Assembly: GCF_009834535.1 (NCBI RefSeq)
Contig: NC_045715.1
Span: 5,208,001-5,272,000, forward strand
Length of the DNA: 64,000 nucleotides
Reading direction: 5' to 3'
Source of the DNA: Camelus ferus
Lineage: Eukaryota
The notes under the pieces were generated by a model. It saw only the letters and a list, made by a program, of their open reading frames with translations. It was not told where the DNA came from and made no database searches. Positions 37,847 through 50,929 of the stretch are shown here, in pieces (position 1 is the stretch's first letter; every line of letters starts with the position of its first letter). Both the position numbers and the translations under genes were made by a program.

Positions 37847-37883
37847 GTGTGGGTGTGGGTGTGGGTGTGGGTGTAGGTGTGGG
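37847..37883 (+). repeat. (GTGGGT)n hexamer repeat / canonical G-quadruplex motif
   Basis: GGG at 37851, 37857, 37863 and 37869 with 3-nt loops. A fifth GGG lies at 37881. Confidence 0.9.
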
Positions 37884-39989
37884 CAGGAAGCTCAGATTCT
37901 CTCTGAAAAGGGTTTCCTTTGGGGCTCAGGCCTCACCGACGACTGTAGGCTTCTGTGTTGCTTCACGTGGCCCCTTCCCCTCTCCCCACCGGAAGGAGCT
38001 GTATGTAGGAGCTTTTCTGGCTCTGAGTTCTTTGTGGCGTGGTCACCGTGAGCACCTTTAATACCTGCGTCCCCAGACATGGGTGAGCGGAGGGCGGTCG
38101 GCTCGTCTGCTGAGGCAAGTGAGCGTGGCCGGGGGAGTGCGCAGCCACTGAATCCCTCCTGCTTCATCGTCTGCTCACCTCAGGCCCCCTTCTCCCGCTG
38201 ACCGTCGTCCTGCCCGTTGTGGGCTGTTCCTCCAGCTGTGCCTTTCTTCCGGGGGACCGCAACCTTCTTGAGCTGAGTAGGACACCCAGGCATCTTGGAA
38301 CACTCTGCCTTGCCGTCCGGCGCGGTCTGGCTGTTGGAGCCAAGATTTGCGTGGAGAGGGGCCGGTGCTCCGGCTTTCCTGGCCCCGCGCAGGGGCTGGC
38401 AGCTCCCAGTCTCAGGGGGGGACTCAAGGTGACGGCTAGGGTTCTCGCACGTGCCCTCCAGACGGCCGCGCCTCTGGCCAGCCCTTCTGCTGTCGGTCCT
38501 CCCCGAATCTCTCCCATAGGACCCATGACTCTGCGGGGCAAGGGGACAGCATGGTTCTGAGGGGTCAGGTCCCAGTTCCGCCCTTATCAGTCACGTGGCC
38601 TTGAGCAGGTGGTCTGCGTCTTTGAGAGCCCATTGCCCCAGATGGGCGACGGGTTGGGAACGGCGACTCCCGTGCGTGGGCATCCTGACGCTGAGGTAAG
38701 ACAATGCGCGTGCACCACTTAGCAAACTGGCCCGCGGCCAATAGTCCATATGTTCTTATGTCAGCACAACATTCTCCACTTTCTAAGAATATTCGACACC
38801 TGGCACATGACAAAGGAATCTGAGGGGACTTTGGCCATTTGGAATCTGAGGATGGAGAGGTGCTGGGAATGAGATTTGACCTGACACCAGGCCTAAGGTT
38901 CAGAGCGTTGTCTCCACACGTCTTCCTCCCTGTGCTGCTGAGGACGGACTGCGTGCTGTTCTGACCCTGGAAAGTACTTTCTCAGGGGACCCTGGCGTTT
39001 GACGGGGGAGATGCTTGCCTCTCTCTGCCTTCTCTGTGCAGTTTGCTGGGTCTGTTTGACCTCTTTCTCCCCCATCACCTCCTGACACCTGAAGCCAGTC
39101 TCCAAGCCTCATCTCACGCCAGATCACAGCCTGGAGCCGCGCCACCTGGCTGACCTATTTCTGTGGGTCTTCTCTTCACCCTGGGAGTAGGGGTGGAGAC
39201 AGCCTCCTGCCACCCCTCAGGCTCTCCGCCTTCTAAGGTCCCCAGTCCACTCCTCCCTCTTCCTACCATGCCCTCAACCCCTGCGCTCTCCCTTTTTCTC
39301 AGTGTTTGTGAGATTCTCCCTCCTAATTATCACCACTCCTCTGGGAGCCGCAGGACAAAATGAAGCAAAACCGTACAAATTACCAAGAGTGCTGTGACTT
39401 TCCAAAGTGCGAGTCACAGAAGTCGTCGAGGCTGCCTTTGGGCTTTTGATGTGCTGGGATCTGAAACCATAGCAACTGTGTCCCCCGGACATTTCGTTGT
39501 GCAAACCCCAGCCCCCCGGCACCATGCTGGGGTCCCTGCCCTGCGTATCTGGTCCAGGGAATGTTCTTCCTCCTTTTTTCTGGTGTTGATTCATTTTAAA
39601 ATTTGTCAATACAGAATCTGTGGATTCCAGCAGAGCTGTTGCGCATTTTCTGTAATATTCAGTACCCGATGTTTCTTTATTCTCCCTGATTTAAAAAAAT
39701 TTTTTTTTGCATGAAAGACAATTTTCAGTTGAGAGATTGCAATTACCACCACCAGGTGTCAAAAACTGTTTTCTGGAATATGCACACAGCTCACTTGTAG
39801 GAGTGATGCTGGTTGACTTGCTGGCTCTGCTTCGTTCCCAGGCCAGTGGGCAGATAGAAATGAGTCATATCTTTCACTTAGAGAATTTTGCACTTTATAA
39901 TTTCCAAAATGCCCCCACATGTATTATCTCATTTAAGTACTGAGCAAGCTCTATGAGGCAAATGAGTTATTGTTACCTCCCTTCGGCCA

Positions 39990-40850
39990 ATGGAGAAAAT
40001 AAAATCAGGGAGGTTACTCATCCATTCGAAAGAAGTGTTGGCCACCAGCCGCATGCTGTGCCCGGTTCTGGGCACCTGGGGTATGAAATTGCATGACACA
40101 GACCTCTTGTGCTCATGGAATGTGCATTCTAGGGAAGGAGACAGATGATACATGAATAAATTCAGTGTAACGCCAGGTGATGACAGGTGCCGTGGAGATC
40201 TGGCCAGCAGGCATGTAAGGGGATGGGGAGTAACCAGATATGCTGTTAGGTGGTTAGGGAAGCCTTTCTAAGAAGATATTTGAGCTGGCAGATGTGGGAA
40301 GTGAGAGAGAGAGCGCTCTGGTTCTGTAGAGTAAGAGCATCTTACTGCTGAAGAAGTAGCAGGTGCAAAGGTCCTGTGGCAGGTGCGTGCTCAGCATGTT
40401 CACAGAATTACCCTATTGAAAAATGTCTTCAAAGGTATGAAATGAAGTCAGAGTAAGCCAGGGCCAGATCAGGGTGGACTTTGTGTACCACCCTAAGGAT
40501 TCTGAACTACATTCTGGAAAGGCTTTAGCTCCTAGAGAGAGGGCCTTAGAGGGTTATGTACTAGGGATGGCATCATCTGATTTGTGTTTTAAAAGCATCA
40601 CTGTGGCTGCTGTGTAGAAAACAGGCTGAAGGGGCAAAGTAGAACCAGAAAGACACATTGGGTGCTTACTGCAGTAGTTCACATAACAGGTGGCAGCTTG
40701 GATTCTGATCGATTTTGAAAATGCAGCAAACAGGATGGCCTGGTGTCTTGGAGGAGGGTGTGAGAGTAAAAGGGGTGACAAGGAGGGCTCTAAGCTCAGA
40801 GGAAGAAGTCAAGAAGTGATGCAATATGATGTTGTCAGCTAAAGGCAGGT
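39990..40850 (-). mobile_element. L2 LINE 3' remnant
   Basis: ctcatggaatgtgcattctagggaagg, gcaaaggtcctgtggcagg, ccctaaggattctgaactacattctg, aaaagcatcactgtggctgctgtgtaga. Confidence 0.75.
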
Positions 40851-41235
40851 CCAGACCTCCTGATTGACCCGGCCCTCCCAGCGTTCTTTCCAGAACATTC
40901 TGAGCAAGGGTCAGTGAATAGCAGGGCTCTTCCTCTGGCTGGGCACTTATCCCTGTTGCCGTTGTGAATCTTCTAAGAAGTGATACAGCTGCTCCAAGAC
41001 TCCCTCTCTCCCTCCTATCAAAGCCACTTTTGACCATAGATACTTATTGCTCCTTTCTGACTGGAGAACTATAGATGGGAGAAATTAGCACGTTATTGCT
41101 GTGTAAGCTTTTAATTAATCTCACGGACATGTAGGGGGCTGGGGGAAGCTTTAACTGAACATTCAATTAAATATAACATTTAGTATTTGTAATATCCTTA
41201 TAAGCCCTTTAATGAACTTTAAAATTGTTTGTGTG

Positions 41236-42075
41236 CAATGAAAAGATGCTCAGTATTGCTAATTATCAGAGAAATGCAAATCAAAACTACAGTGAAGTAT
41301 CAGCTCACACCCATCAGAATGGCCATCATTAAAAAATCTANNNNNNNNNNNNNNNNNNNNNNNNNNNNNNNNNNNNNNNNNNNNNNNNNNNNNNNNNNNN
41401 NNNNNNNNNNNNNNNNNNNNNNNNNNNNNNNNNNNNNNNNNNNNNNNNNNNNNNNNNNNNNNNNNNNNNNNNNNNNNNNNNNNNNNNNNNNNNNNNNNNN
41501 NNNNNNNNNNNNAACTCTAATTTGAAAAGATACACGCACCCCAATGTTCACAGCAGTGCTATTTACAATAGCCAAGTCATGCAAGCAACCTAAATGTCCA
41601 TTGACAGATGATTAGATAAAGAAATTGAGGTGTACATATATAACGGAATATTACTCAGCTGTAACAACATGCATGGATCTAGAGATTATCATACTAAGTG
41701 AAGTTAAGTCAGAGGAAGAGTAAATACCGTATGATTATCACTTATATGAGGGATCTAAAATATGATGCAAATGCATTTATTTACAAAACAAAAACAGACT
41801 CACAGGCATAGAAATCAAACTTACAGTTACCAAATGGGAAAGTGGTGGTAGGGGGGATAAATTAGGAGTTTGGGATTAGCAGATACAAACTACTATATAC
41901 AGAATAAATAAACAACAAGGACCTACTGTATAGCACAGGGAACTACATTCAATATCTTGTAATAGCCTATCATGAAAAAGAATGGATATGTATGTATAAC
42001 TGAATCGCTGTGCTGTACACCAGAAACTAACACATTGCAAATCAACTCTACTTCAGTAAAGTAAATAAATAAGCA
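41236..42075 (+). mobile_element. 5'-truncated L1 (ORF2 C-terminus plus 3'UTR) with assembly gap 41341-41512 (172 N)
   Basis: Translation MKRCSVLLIIREMQIKTTVKYQLTPIRMAIIKKS matches the L1 ORF2 C-terminal region. 3'UTR and A-rich tail end near 42075. Confidence 0.95.
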
Positions 42076-45000
42076 AAGACATGAGGGTGAGGTTAATGGG
42101 GGGAAAATGATCCGTGTGTAAATGTGACCTGTATAGAGAGTGCTCTGATCATCCCAAAGGCTTATTAACATACCTTGTAGATAATGGACGTTCGGTAAAT
42201 ATTATTGATTTTTTTTTAGGTGGATATCGAGTTTTGGCTTTTTCTGGAACATACGTATTTCCATTCTTTTCCTAGTACTCACACCTCACTTTCAGATGGC
42301 ATTAGTGTTGGTGTTTCCAGTACTTTGCCAATAAGGAAATGGAGATGGGAAAAGTGGAAAATGGAGGCGCTTCCTGGCTGACACCACTGGCTCCCTGCTG
42401 ATGGAGCTGGGAGGCTGCTGGCACGTCTCTGGGCTGAATCCCAGGCATTTGCTCTCAGGAGTCTCACCCCTGCTGCACTGTTGAAAATGTGCAGACCTTC
42501 AGCCCACGCTCACTGTCTAAGATCTTCTTTGGCCGGATTTGTCGACACTGTCGGGTCAGGATAAAATCTGGCCATACCTGGTAACTTTTGAAACTTTCAT
42601 GGTTTTTAGAGACAAAGGGTTTTCCCAAGTTGTCATCTGAAGTAGGCAGAGTTGCTTTTCCAATCACATGGATATCAGAGGCTCCACCTGCTGCAGCCTG
42701 GTGGCAGCCTGTCCAAGCCATCATCTCTTCTTCCCTAATGGCATTTTGTTTGAGGCAGGACCACAAAAAAGAAATGCCATTCCCTCTTAGATGGCTCTCC
42801 CACCCACAGTTAACGGTGCCTTTGTCCCTTTTCGGCCCTGCCTGGTCCCACTCAGCAGGCTCTCCATCCGGGAAAAGGAAGAAGAGGGACCCCTGAGATG
42901 GAGGGGACTCTGGTATCTGTGAGTTGAGCCCCCGTCACAGTGGCTGCACATTCTTCCAGAACGCTCAGGGAGGCTTGGTGCAGGCTGGCTACCTGTTTCC
43001 AATCTTGGTTGGGTGGACTTTCTTCTCGGTTCAAAAGGGCTATAAAGCAACACCTTCCTTTTTTCTTACATGACAGTCACTTCCAGCCTTTCCCTTGTAG
43101 GTTTCACGTTCGATGCGCTAGGCTTCCAGGGGGTGTCCTAATCTCAGAATACAGTGGAGTTCCGAGAGCGAGTGGTCCCACACCTGGAGGGACTAGGGAA
43201 GTGCCTTCATCAGCCTGGGTTTGCATTACCTGAGGGCTAGTTATTTCATTAGCGGTTTATTTTGTGCTGGACTCCTTCCTTGAGAGGGTTTGAAGGCTAC
43301 AAAAAGAGAAAGAAGAAAGTTCAGCCCACAAATTGCACTGATTCCTCATGGCTTTGGTGGAAGGTTTTGTGGGGAAGGCGCTGATGTTCTTAGGTAGTTT
43401 GAATAATTATTCATGACTTTCTCTCATTCTTATTCTCCTTTAGACTTGGTTTGTCTGATTTTTGGCAATGCCAGACAGGAAGAGAGAAAGGAAGGGGAAG
43501 ACCGATGTGGGTGAACCGGGATACGGCACCTGGTGGTACTCACCGTGCACAGGCCACAGCCCCCGGAACTGAGTACACAGTGAGGTCCAGCGCAATCACC
43601 CATCGAATTGGGACCAGACTTGTCCCTCCACGGCTGCGTGGTGGATTCTTTTATTATTGTCGTGTTTCCTCACCTCTTTTCTACTCACTTCCTCTCACCT
43701 GTCTTTTTCGGTCCTCTGAGCCATGACTTTGTGTCATTTCCGTGCCCGGAAGAGGCTGGACTTGATCCAAATAAACCACATACCCCGTGTCAATCTGAAG
43801 TCCAAGGGCAAGTGCCCTCGGTGATTTCCTGTTCTCCCTCTAGCCCTCCTCACCTCTTTCCCGAGCCCGCTGCTCCCGAGCCTGTTTGCTGGTCTCATCA
43901 GTCTGTGGTTGGGGATCCCGAAAGAACCGAGATCTTGTGACTTGGACGTGAGGACTCACCCCCCATGTGGACCTGCTGTGCTTCAGGGAAAACAAAATGT
44001 TAAGTGAGCAGTTTAGCTTGGACTTAATCGGGAGGCAAATCAGTAACTCTACACTGGGAGCCTCTCTCCATTGTGTTCTCAGGAAAACAAAGTGAATCAC
44101 CGGAGCAAAGAATGTCCCCTCTGGTGCTGCACCAATAATGAAGCATCGTGTTTTGAATTAGGAGAGGGAGGGCGGGAGAGGGCCTGAGAAACCTCTGGCT
44201 GTCACTTTGTTCATTCCTCTGCCTCCCCCTTCCTCCCCTCAGATGGATGCTGGGATAAGAAGCTTCTCCTCCAGCCCGTTTTCCCCCCTAAACTCAGCCC
44301 CGCAGCAAAATGACAGGGCAGCGGTGTTTGACATGGAAATAATTGCAGAATGAATCCAAGATGGCTTTTTCTCGGGGAATAGTCAATGAGGACTTGTGAG
44401 AGCCCGAGCGTCCAACTCGGCCCAAGTATGTTCTCCTTGCTGCACTTGTTAATGAGTAAATCAGAACCAAATGAAAAATACGAATGAGTGCGTCCCACCC
44501 ATCTGTCACGCTGGAATGGCTCCCAGTGCCCTTCTGCCTTTCTAACTTTGTATTATCCATTGTCACCGTCACCCGTGAGGACCCAAGAGCACTTTGGTGG
44601 GTTGGAGTCCATTTTACTCTTATATATAAAACTACCTGGGAAATTACATTGTTCAGGTAAGGATTATCCATCTGGTTAACTCAGAACCCACATGATTTTT
44701 TTTTTTTTTTAGGAATGGGAAGATGGGAACCATAAAGCACAATATTTCCCGCTCTTTTCAGCCTCATTTAGGTGTTTCCTGCTGTGATTTCTTTTCCCCT
44801 TTTTCCTTCCACATCGTACATTCAAATGCTTAACCTGGGTGGGTCTGTGGTTGTTGTTTTAGCTGAGGCTTTAACTTTGCCAGTGAGCGCTGGAGTCCAG
44901 GAGGGCTGAACACGTCGGCACCGCTAAACTCAACAGGGACCAGGAGGGCTTGGTGCCCCAGAAAGGGAAAGAGCTTCTCTGAGAACAGCCCCGGGTGAAG

Positions 45001-45999
45001 CCTTCTGTTGTGTTTCTGCAAGGATGTGGGGATCCAGGTTTTGTCTCTGAAAGGATACCCTTTCCTGTGTTCGGGTGTTCACATGACACGGCTGTGCTGC
45101 GGGGACCATCTTGCACTGCTTGGGGGACTTTTCCATCTTGTTTAGAACACGGCAGCCGTGATCACGTGTTGGGTTAGAACCCCAGGTCTTAGGCTGACTG
45201 GGAAAGACTCAAGTGTCTGGCCCTCGCTACGGTCAGGCCAGGCCGGCCAGTGCCCAGGGAAGCGCAGCCCCATGGCCTCCAGGTGGCCGGTTCCCCCGTT
45301 CAGGGAATACGCACCAGCCACCTGCTGTAGGCAGGTGCTATTCCAGGCACTCGAGACACAGACGGGGACAAAACAAGATGCCCTGCCCTCGTGGGCACAC
45401 GTCGGAGGGGCCCTCAGTACCAATACGCCTGTGTTTTCTTTCTCTGTGGCCTCGGGTTTGAGGGCCGTTAAGATGAAGAGGGAGGCTGGTGTGCAGCTCC
45501 CCCCACCAGGCTCCCCGGAGTCAGGCCACCCCAGGCTTGGACAGGAGCATGAGAACGGCCTCTTCCCACATCCCGTGTTTGGCAGGCTCAACGCTGCGCC
45601 ACGAATAATAGCAGGTCATCTGATGCAGTGTAACTGAAGAGCAATATGAAACCCCTGTCACCCTGGGAACCGGGGCGAGGAACCAGCCCGTCAGTTACTT
45701 TCCACTTTTAAATCTTGAACGTTTCGTTAGAACCAAGCAGCTCCATTGTCATGGTCAAAAGTCCACTGTGGAAAAAGGCAGGATTTAGTGTTGATTTAAG
45801 CTGCCACCCAAAGAGAGAAAGCTGCCTGACAGAGCTCAGTTCTCAGTCATTTAAGGGCTGCTTTTTCCTTTTTGTGGCTTTTTTACGCTCTTGCTCTGTC
45901 TCTGCAGAAGCTGCGATGGAAGCGGTAGGATTTATTGGCCAGGGAAGGATGTGTGGAAGGGAAGCCCTGATGGGCGTGATTTTGATTAGGGAGTGCTCT

Positions 46000-46239
46000 C
46001 TCTTTTTTTCTTTTTTTGTATGCATGTATTTTTACTGAAGTCTAGTCAGTTTACAATGTTGTGTCAGTTTCTGGAGTACAGCACTATGCTTCATCATACA
46101 TGAACATACATATATTCATTTTCATATTCTTTTTCACCATAAGTTACTACAAGATACTGAATATAGTTCCCTGTGCTGTACAGTGTAAACTTGTCTCTCT
46201 ATTTTGTGTATTATTAGTTAGTATCTGCAAATCTCAAAG
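46000..46239 (-). mobile_element. 5'-truncated L1 3' end with perfect 14-bp TSD
   Basis: ttagggagtgctct at 45986-45999 and 46240-46253, with a poly-T tail on the left. Confidence 0.95.
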
Positions 46240-47104
46240 TTAGGGAGTGCTCTTAATAAAAAGAGTGCATTGTCTAGAACCTTCTAGCCCTGCCAGGCGT
46301 TGTCCTAGAGTTTTGGTGCACCAGGTCTGATTTTTCTCTGCCTCATGGTTGGAAGTGACTTCCCCACCTATTACGGGTGGTCATCAAATCTGTAAACAGG
46401 CATAGCAACCTCTAATAAGTGGGTTATTGATAGTACATTCTAGTCCTTGATAAAAGGACATCATCTTCATTTCCAGATTTCAGGCCACCCTGCAGGTGCC
46501 GCAGGAGACTGAGAACAGTTCAGTCCGTTGACAGACTGAAAAGCAGCCGTGTCTGGACCTCCCAGCCTGCGCCAGGGTTCTTGCCTGCGTACTAGATGCC
46601 TGATTTTCAAAAAAGGAAACAATAGCCGTTGGATTAGAGTCCTTCCCTTTCTGCCTTTCCCAGGATCCCTTCCGGCGAGCAGCTTGCTCTCTCATCAGTG
46701 GTTGGTTTTCAGTCTCTCCTGCCGCCCTCCCCACTTTGTTGACCTGCGAGGTACCCTTTTCTTCTCCTGACTCTTGGTCTACAATATCTACTTGTCCTTC
46801 TCCTGGTCTCTCTTGTGACTCCCCTGATTTAACCTCCTTTATAATCAGACTCAGCAAAATGTCTGTTGCGAACCTTCTGTGCATCAGAGATGGTGCTGGG
46901 TATGTTCACGCAACACTCAGTGATGCTCCAGCCTCTGAGATACCTTGCAGAGCTTGATCCTGAGGAGGGTGTTGAGCTAATCGCCCTAGTTTGGGGAATG
47001 GGCTGTGTTTAAACTCTGATAGATGGTTATTAATGCCTCCAGCATTGGCCTTGGGGAATCTGTGGCTGAGGAGACAAAGAGGAAAAACAGAAGGGAATGA
47101 AAGA

Positions 47105-47292
47105 AAAATGTAGAATAGATAAACAAGATTATACTGTATAGCACAGGGAAACATATAAAAGATCTTGTGGTAGCTCACAGAGAAAAAAAAATGTGACAAT
47201 GAATATATGTATGTTCATGTATAACTAAAAAATTGTGCTTCACACTGGAATTTGACACATTGTAAAATGACTATATGTTAAAAAAAAAAAAG
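47105..47292 (+). mobile_element. 5'-truncated younger L1 3' end
   Basis: gaatagataaacaagattatactgtatagcacaggg...gacacattgtaaaatgactata plus A12. Confidence 0.9.
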
Positions 47293-47302
47293 AGAGAGAA
47301 TG

Positions 47303-47725
47303 AAGGTGGAAACAGTCCAGATGTCCACCAATGGATAAACAGATAAACAAAATGTGGCATGTACAGACAGTGGACTATTATATAGCCAGAAAAAAGTATG
47401 AAGTCCCGATACTACTGATGAACATTGAAGACATCATGCTAAGTGAAAGAAATAAGTCTCAAAGCATTGTCTGATTCCATTCATATGACGTATCTTTAAT
47501 ATGCAAATCCATGCGGGTAGGACACAGATTGGTTGTTGCCAGCACCTGGGGGGAGGGGTGAATGGGGAGCTACTGCTTAATGGGCAAGGGTTTTCTTTTG
47601 GGGGGGCTGAAAGTATTTTGGAAGCAGGGGTGGTAGTTGTACAACATCGTGAATGTACTGAATGCCATTGAGTTGTTCACCTTAAAATGGTTAATTTTGT
47701 TATGTAAATTTCATTTTAAAAAAAA
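47303..47725 (+). mobile_element. Old L1MB-type 3' end
   Basis: gatgtccaccaatggataaacagataaacaaaatgtggc...gacatcatgctaagtgaaaga...gtacaacatcgtgaatgtactgaatgccattgagttgttcaccttaaaatggttaatttt. Confidence 0.85.
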
Positions 47726-48688
47726 GAATGAAAGAGAGAAAATGTCAGAGGTCCGTTTCTCTGAATTAAGAATGAGATTAAAAATCCATTCTGCCTTTCC
47801 TGTGCATGGTGACCTTGTGATATGGCTTGAGTGTAACTGAAGTAATTTGAGCCGATTAATTTCTCTCCTCTGCTTTTTAAAATGTAACATGCTTGGAGTT
47901 TGCATCCCGAATGCTGAGAGCAGAGCAACGTGAACATTGGTATTCTGGGCACACAGTGCTGCTGCTTCAGAAAACTCACCTGGACAGAGGGGTCAAGTCC
48001 GGCCCCTAGTTTTGCTGTTTGTGTTCCGGAAGATGCCCCTGGGTCTGGAGGAAAGATTGCCGGAGCTAGAGTCCTAAGTCTGAGTTCTGTTCTGGCCCCT
48101 TTTGCCCATTGGGGATACACAGTCCTGGCTCCTGCATTCATTCAACAAACATTCTTGAGCTCTCTTGGGGATGTGAAGGTGACCGTGGCATTGACCCTAC
48201 TTTTGAGAGGCTTACAGTCCAGCAGGTGAGGTAGGCGGCCCCATGAACAGCTGGTCATCTTAGTATAAGGTCTGGGCATAATTTCCACTGGACGTTGTGG
48301 GAACCTAGAGCGAGGGTTCCTGAACCAGTGGTGGGGTGGGGCGGGTGGAGAAGGAAGGCAATTGAGGAAGGCTTCCTGGAACTCAAACTTAAAGGAAGAT
48401 TTAAAATGCTGCTGACTATGCACTAGGTGTTGTAAGTCATGGTTAGAGTTCTAGCAAAAGAGGGACACTTAACACTGCATAGAAACACGTTTTATAAATA
48501 AAAGAGTTTCAATTTGGTATTTTCGCCCAAAGCGTTGACACTTAGGGCAGAAATCGGAACGCTGGTGTACCTCCCTTTATTGTATGGCTTCACTAAATTG
48601 TGTTTATTTAGCATTACGTAGGAACACCAGAGCACTTGCAAAATGTCAGGCCTGTAGAGTCTTCATCCCAGAGGGGAGGGAGAGAAGG

Positions 48689-49256
48689 GTTTTTTTTTTT
48701 AATTGAAGTGTAATTGATGTGCAATTTTGTATTAGTTTCAGGTGTACGGTATAGCGATTCAATATTTTTGCAGATCGTACTCCATTTAAAGTCATAAACT
48801 CTTGGCTGTGTTCCCTGGGCTGCACAGTATCTCCTTGTAGCTTATTTATTTTATACCCAGGAGTTTCCACCTCTTAATCCCCTTCCCCTATCTTGCTCCT
48901 CCCTCCACCCCCTCCCCACTGTTAACCATTAGTTTGTTCTCTGTATCAATGAGTCTGTTTCCATTTTGTTATATTCATTCGTTTCATTTTTCAGAGTCCA
49001 CATATAAGTGAAAACATACAGTATTTGTCTTTTTCTGTCTGACTTTATTTCTGAGCATNNNNNNNNNNNNNNNNNNNNNNNNNNNNNNNNNNNNNNNNNN
49101 NNNNNNNNNNNNNNNNNNNNNNNNNNNNNNNNNNNNNNNNNNNNNNNNNNNNNNNNNNNNNNNNNNNNNNNNNNNNNNNNNNNNNNNNNNNNCTATCTAA
49201 TTAACTATCTATCTATCTATCTATCTATCTACACCACATCTTCTTTATCATTCATC
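48689..49256 (-). mobile_element. 5'-truncated L1 3' end with assembly gap 49059-49192 (134 N) and internal (CTAT)n tract
   Basis: Poly-T, then aattgaagtgtaattgatgtgcaattttgtattagtttcaggtgtac and cagagtccacatataagtgaaaacatacagtatttgtc. (ctat)n lies at about 49205-49239. Confidence 0.92.
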
Positions 49257-49560
49257 CGAAAGATCTTTTAAAGGGCAAGGTAATTATATAGGTAAGGCAA
49301 AGGCATGAGGTCCAGGGGAGTGTAGTAGAGTGATTTAATGTCTCCCAAGAGTAGAGTTTGAGGTGGGGGAAGGTGAGGGTTGAGGCTGGAGGGCGGCTGA
49401 GGGGATGGGATGGAAGGCTCCAAGCAGGCAGGTCATGAGGTCAGACCTGTGACTGTGGTCCTGGCTGCAGCGTGGAGAACAGATGGACGAGGAGCAAAAC
49501 TGGAGGCAGTGGGACCAGGCTCTGTGCAGGGCGGTGGCTGTGGAGGGAGCAGGACAGGAG

Positions 49561-49738
49561 GGTGCTGTCCAGATGGGAGTGTTCCCTGATGTGCTCTCTA
49601 ACACAGTATCCACCAGCCACACGTGGCCCTTGCACACTTTTAATGTGGCTGGTGTGACTGAGGAACCAAATTCTTCATTTGCATCAATTTAGATTGAATA
49701 GCTGCAGACGGCCGGCAGCTGCTGTACTGGACAGCGCC
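49561..49738 (+). mobile_element. MER3 (hAT-Charlie) MITE
   Basis: gtgctgtcca...cagccacacgtggcc...aatgtggctggtgtgactgaggaac...gtactggacagcgc. Confidence 0.75.
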
Positions 49739-49749
49739 ACCCTGGAAGG

Positions 49750-50100
49750 TGAGGTCAGCAGGAGCCGGCAGCGAACTGGCCAGTTGGGCTGGATGGGGTG
49801 GACCGAGGCAGGGCTGCAGGGCGGCTCTGCTGGGGCGATGAAGAGTTTCATTTTGGGCTTGTCGGGGCACAAGTGCGCAAGGGCATCTGGATGAAGATGA
49901 CCCGGCGGTAAGATAAACACATTCCTTAAGGGAGAGCAGCAGGCTAGAGGTGGCCATTTGGGAGGCATCAGCATAAAATAATAGTTCAGATTGTAAAAGT
50001 GAGTGGCACAGGGAAAGCCCTGAGCCGCCTGTGGCCTGAGAGCCCAGCTGATCCTGTGGTGATAATGTTTACTCTGCCCACCTACTGAGAAATGCATGAG
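49750..50100 (-). mobile_element. L2 LINE remnant
   Basis: gagtttcattttggg, ggctagaggtggccatttgggaggcatcagcataaaataatagtt and gagaaatgcatgagagcatgtg resemble L2. Confidence 0.5.
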
Positions 50101-50929
50101 AGCATGTGTGTGACAGTCCCTGTAAACACTTCAGCCATGAGGCAGGTTTTATAATATCTTTAGGAGTTGAGAGGAATGTGTCCCAAATGGTATTTTCCAA
50201 ACACAACAGATAAAGCCTTCAAATTCTGGAAGTGTTGCAAGCTAGATAATCTACACAGCCCTCTGGCTACAATTCGGCCAGATCCAGGATAAACAGAGGC
50301 GAGGATGTCCACTGCCCAGATGTCAGCGACTCAGAGACATCGCTGAGGCTCCCTTGGCGTTGTTACTGTGAGCAAACACAAAAGCCGGTTTCTGGGAACG
50401 CACATACCGACACCAGCGCACATCCCGAGACCAGCGCAGGTCCGGGCCAACGCGGGAGAGCAGTCTTAGAGGTTCCCACATGAAGCCAGGGCCCTCCGAG
50501 TCTCCAGGAGAGACAAATAATTCCAAGTTGGTCGTGTTCCTCACAGAAGCAGTTTTTTGTTTTTTTTTTTTAAGGAAAGCAACAGAAATTTAAACACTTG
50601 GGATGAATTTCAGTCGAAGATGACCTTAAAATTTCCAAACACCCAAAGAAGTAAAACCTCCCAAATGAAAGTCATCAGAGGAATGAGAGGGCCATGCAGG
50701 TGAAGTTCCCCAAGGATCTCACGTATAAGAAGATGGGCACCAAGTTAGAAAAGACAAGACAATGATGTAGAAACACAGAGAATGGAGAATGGTATAAATA
50801 ATACATAATAGTAACACAGGACAAGGGAACATGGAAGATGACAAAGCAGACCACAACAGCAGCAACTGTTGGAAAATTTTTAAGAAGTCATTAAATGATG
50901 AAATAATGTATGATTTAAACTATATGTTA

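Noticed and set aside
44310-44320. ATGACAGGGCA minimal ARE core
   Set aside because: The degenerate RTGACNNNGC pattern is expected a few times by chance in 64 kb, and there is no supporting context.
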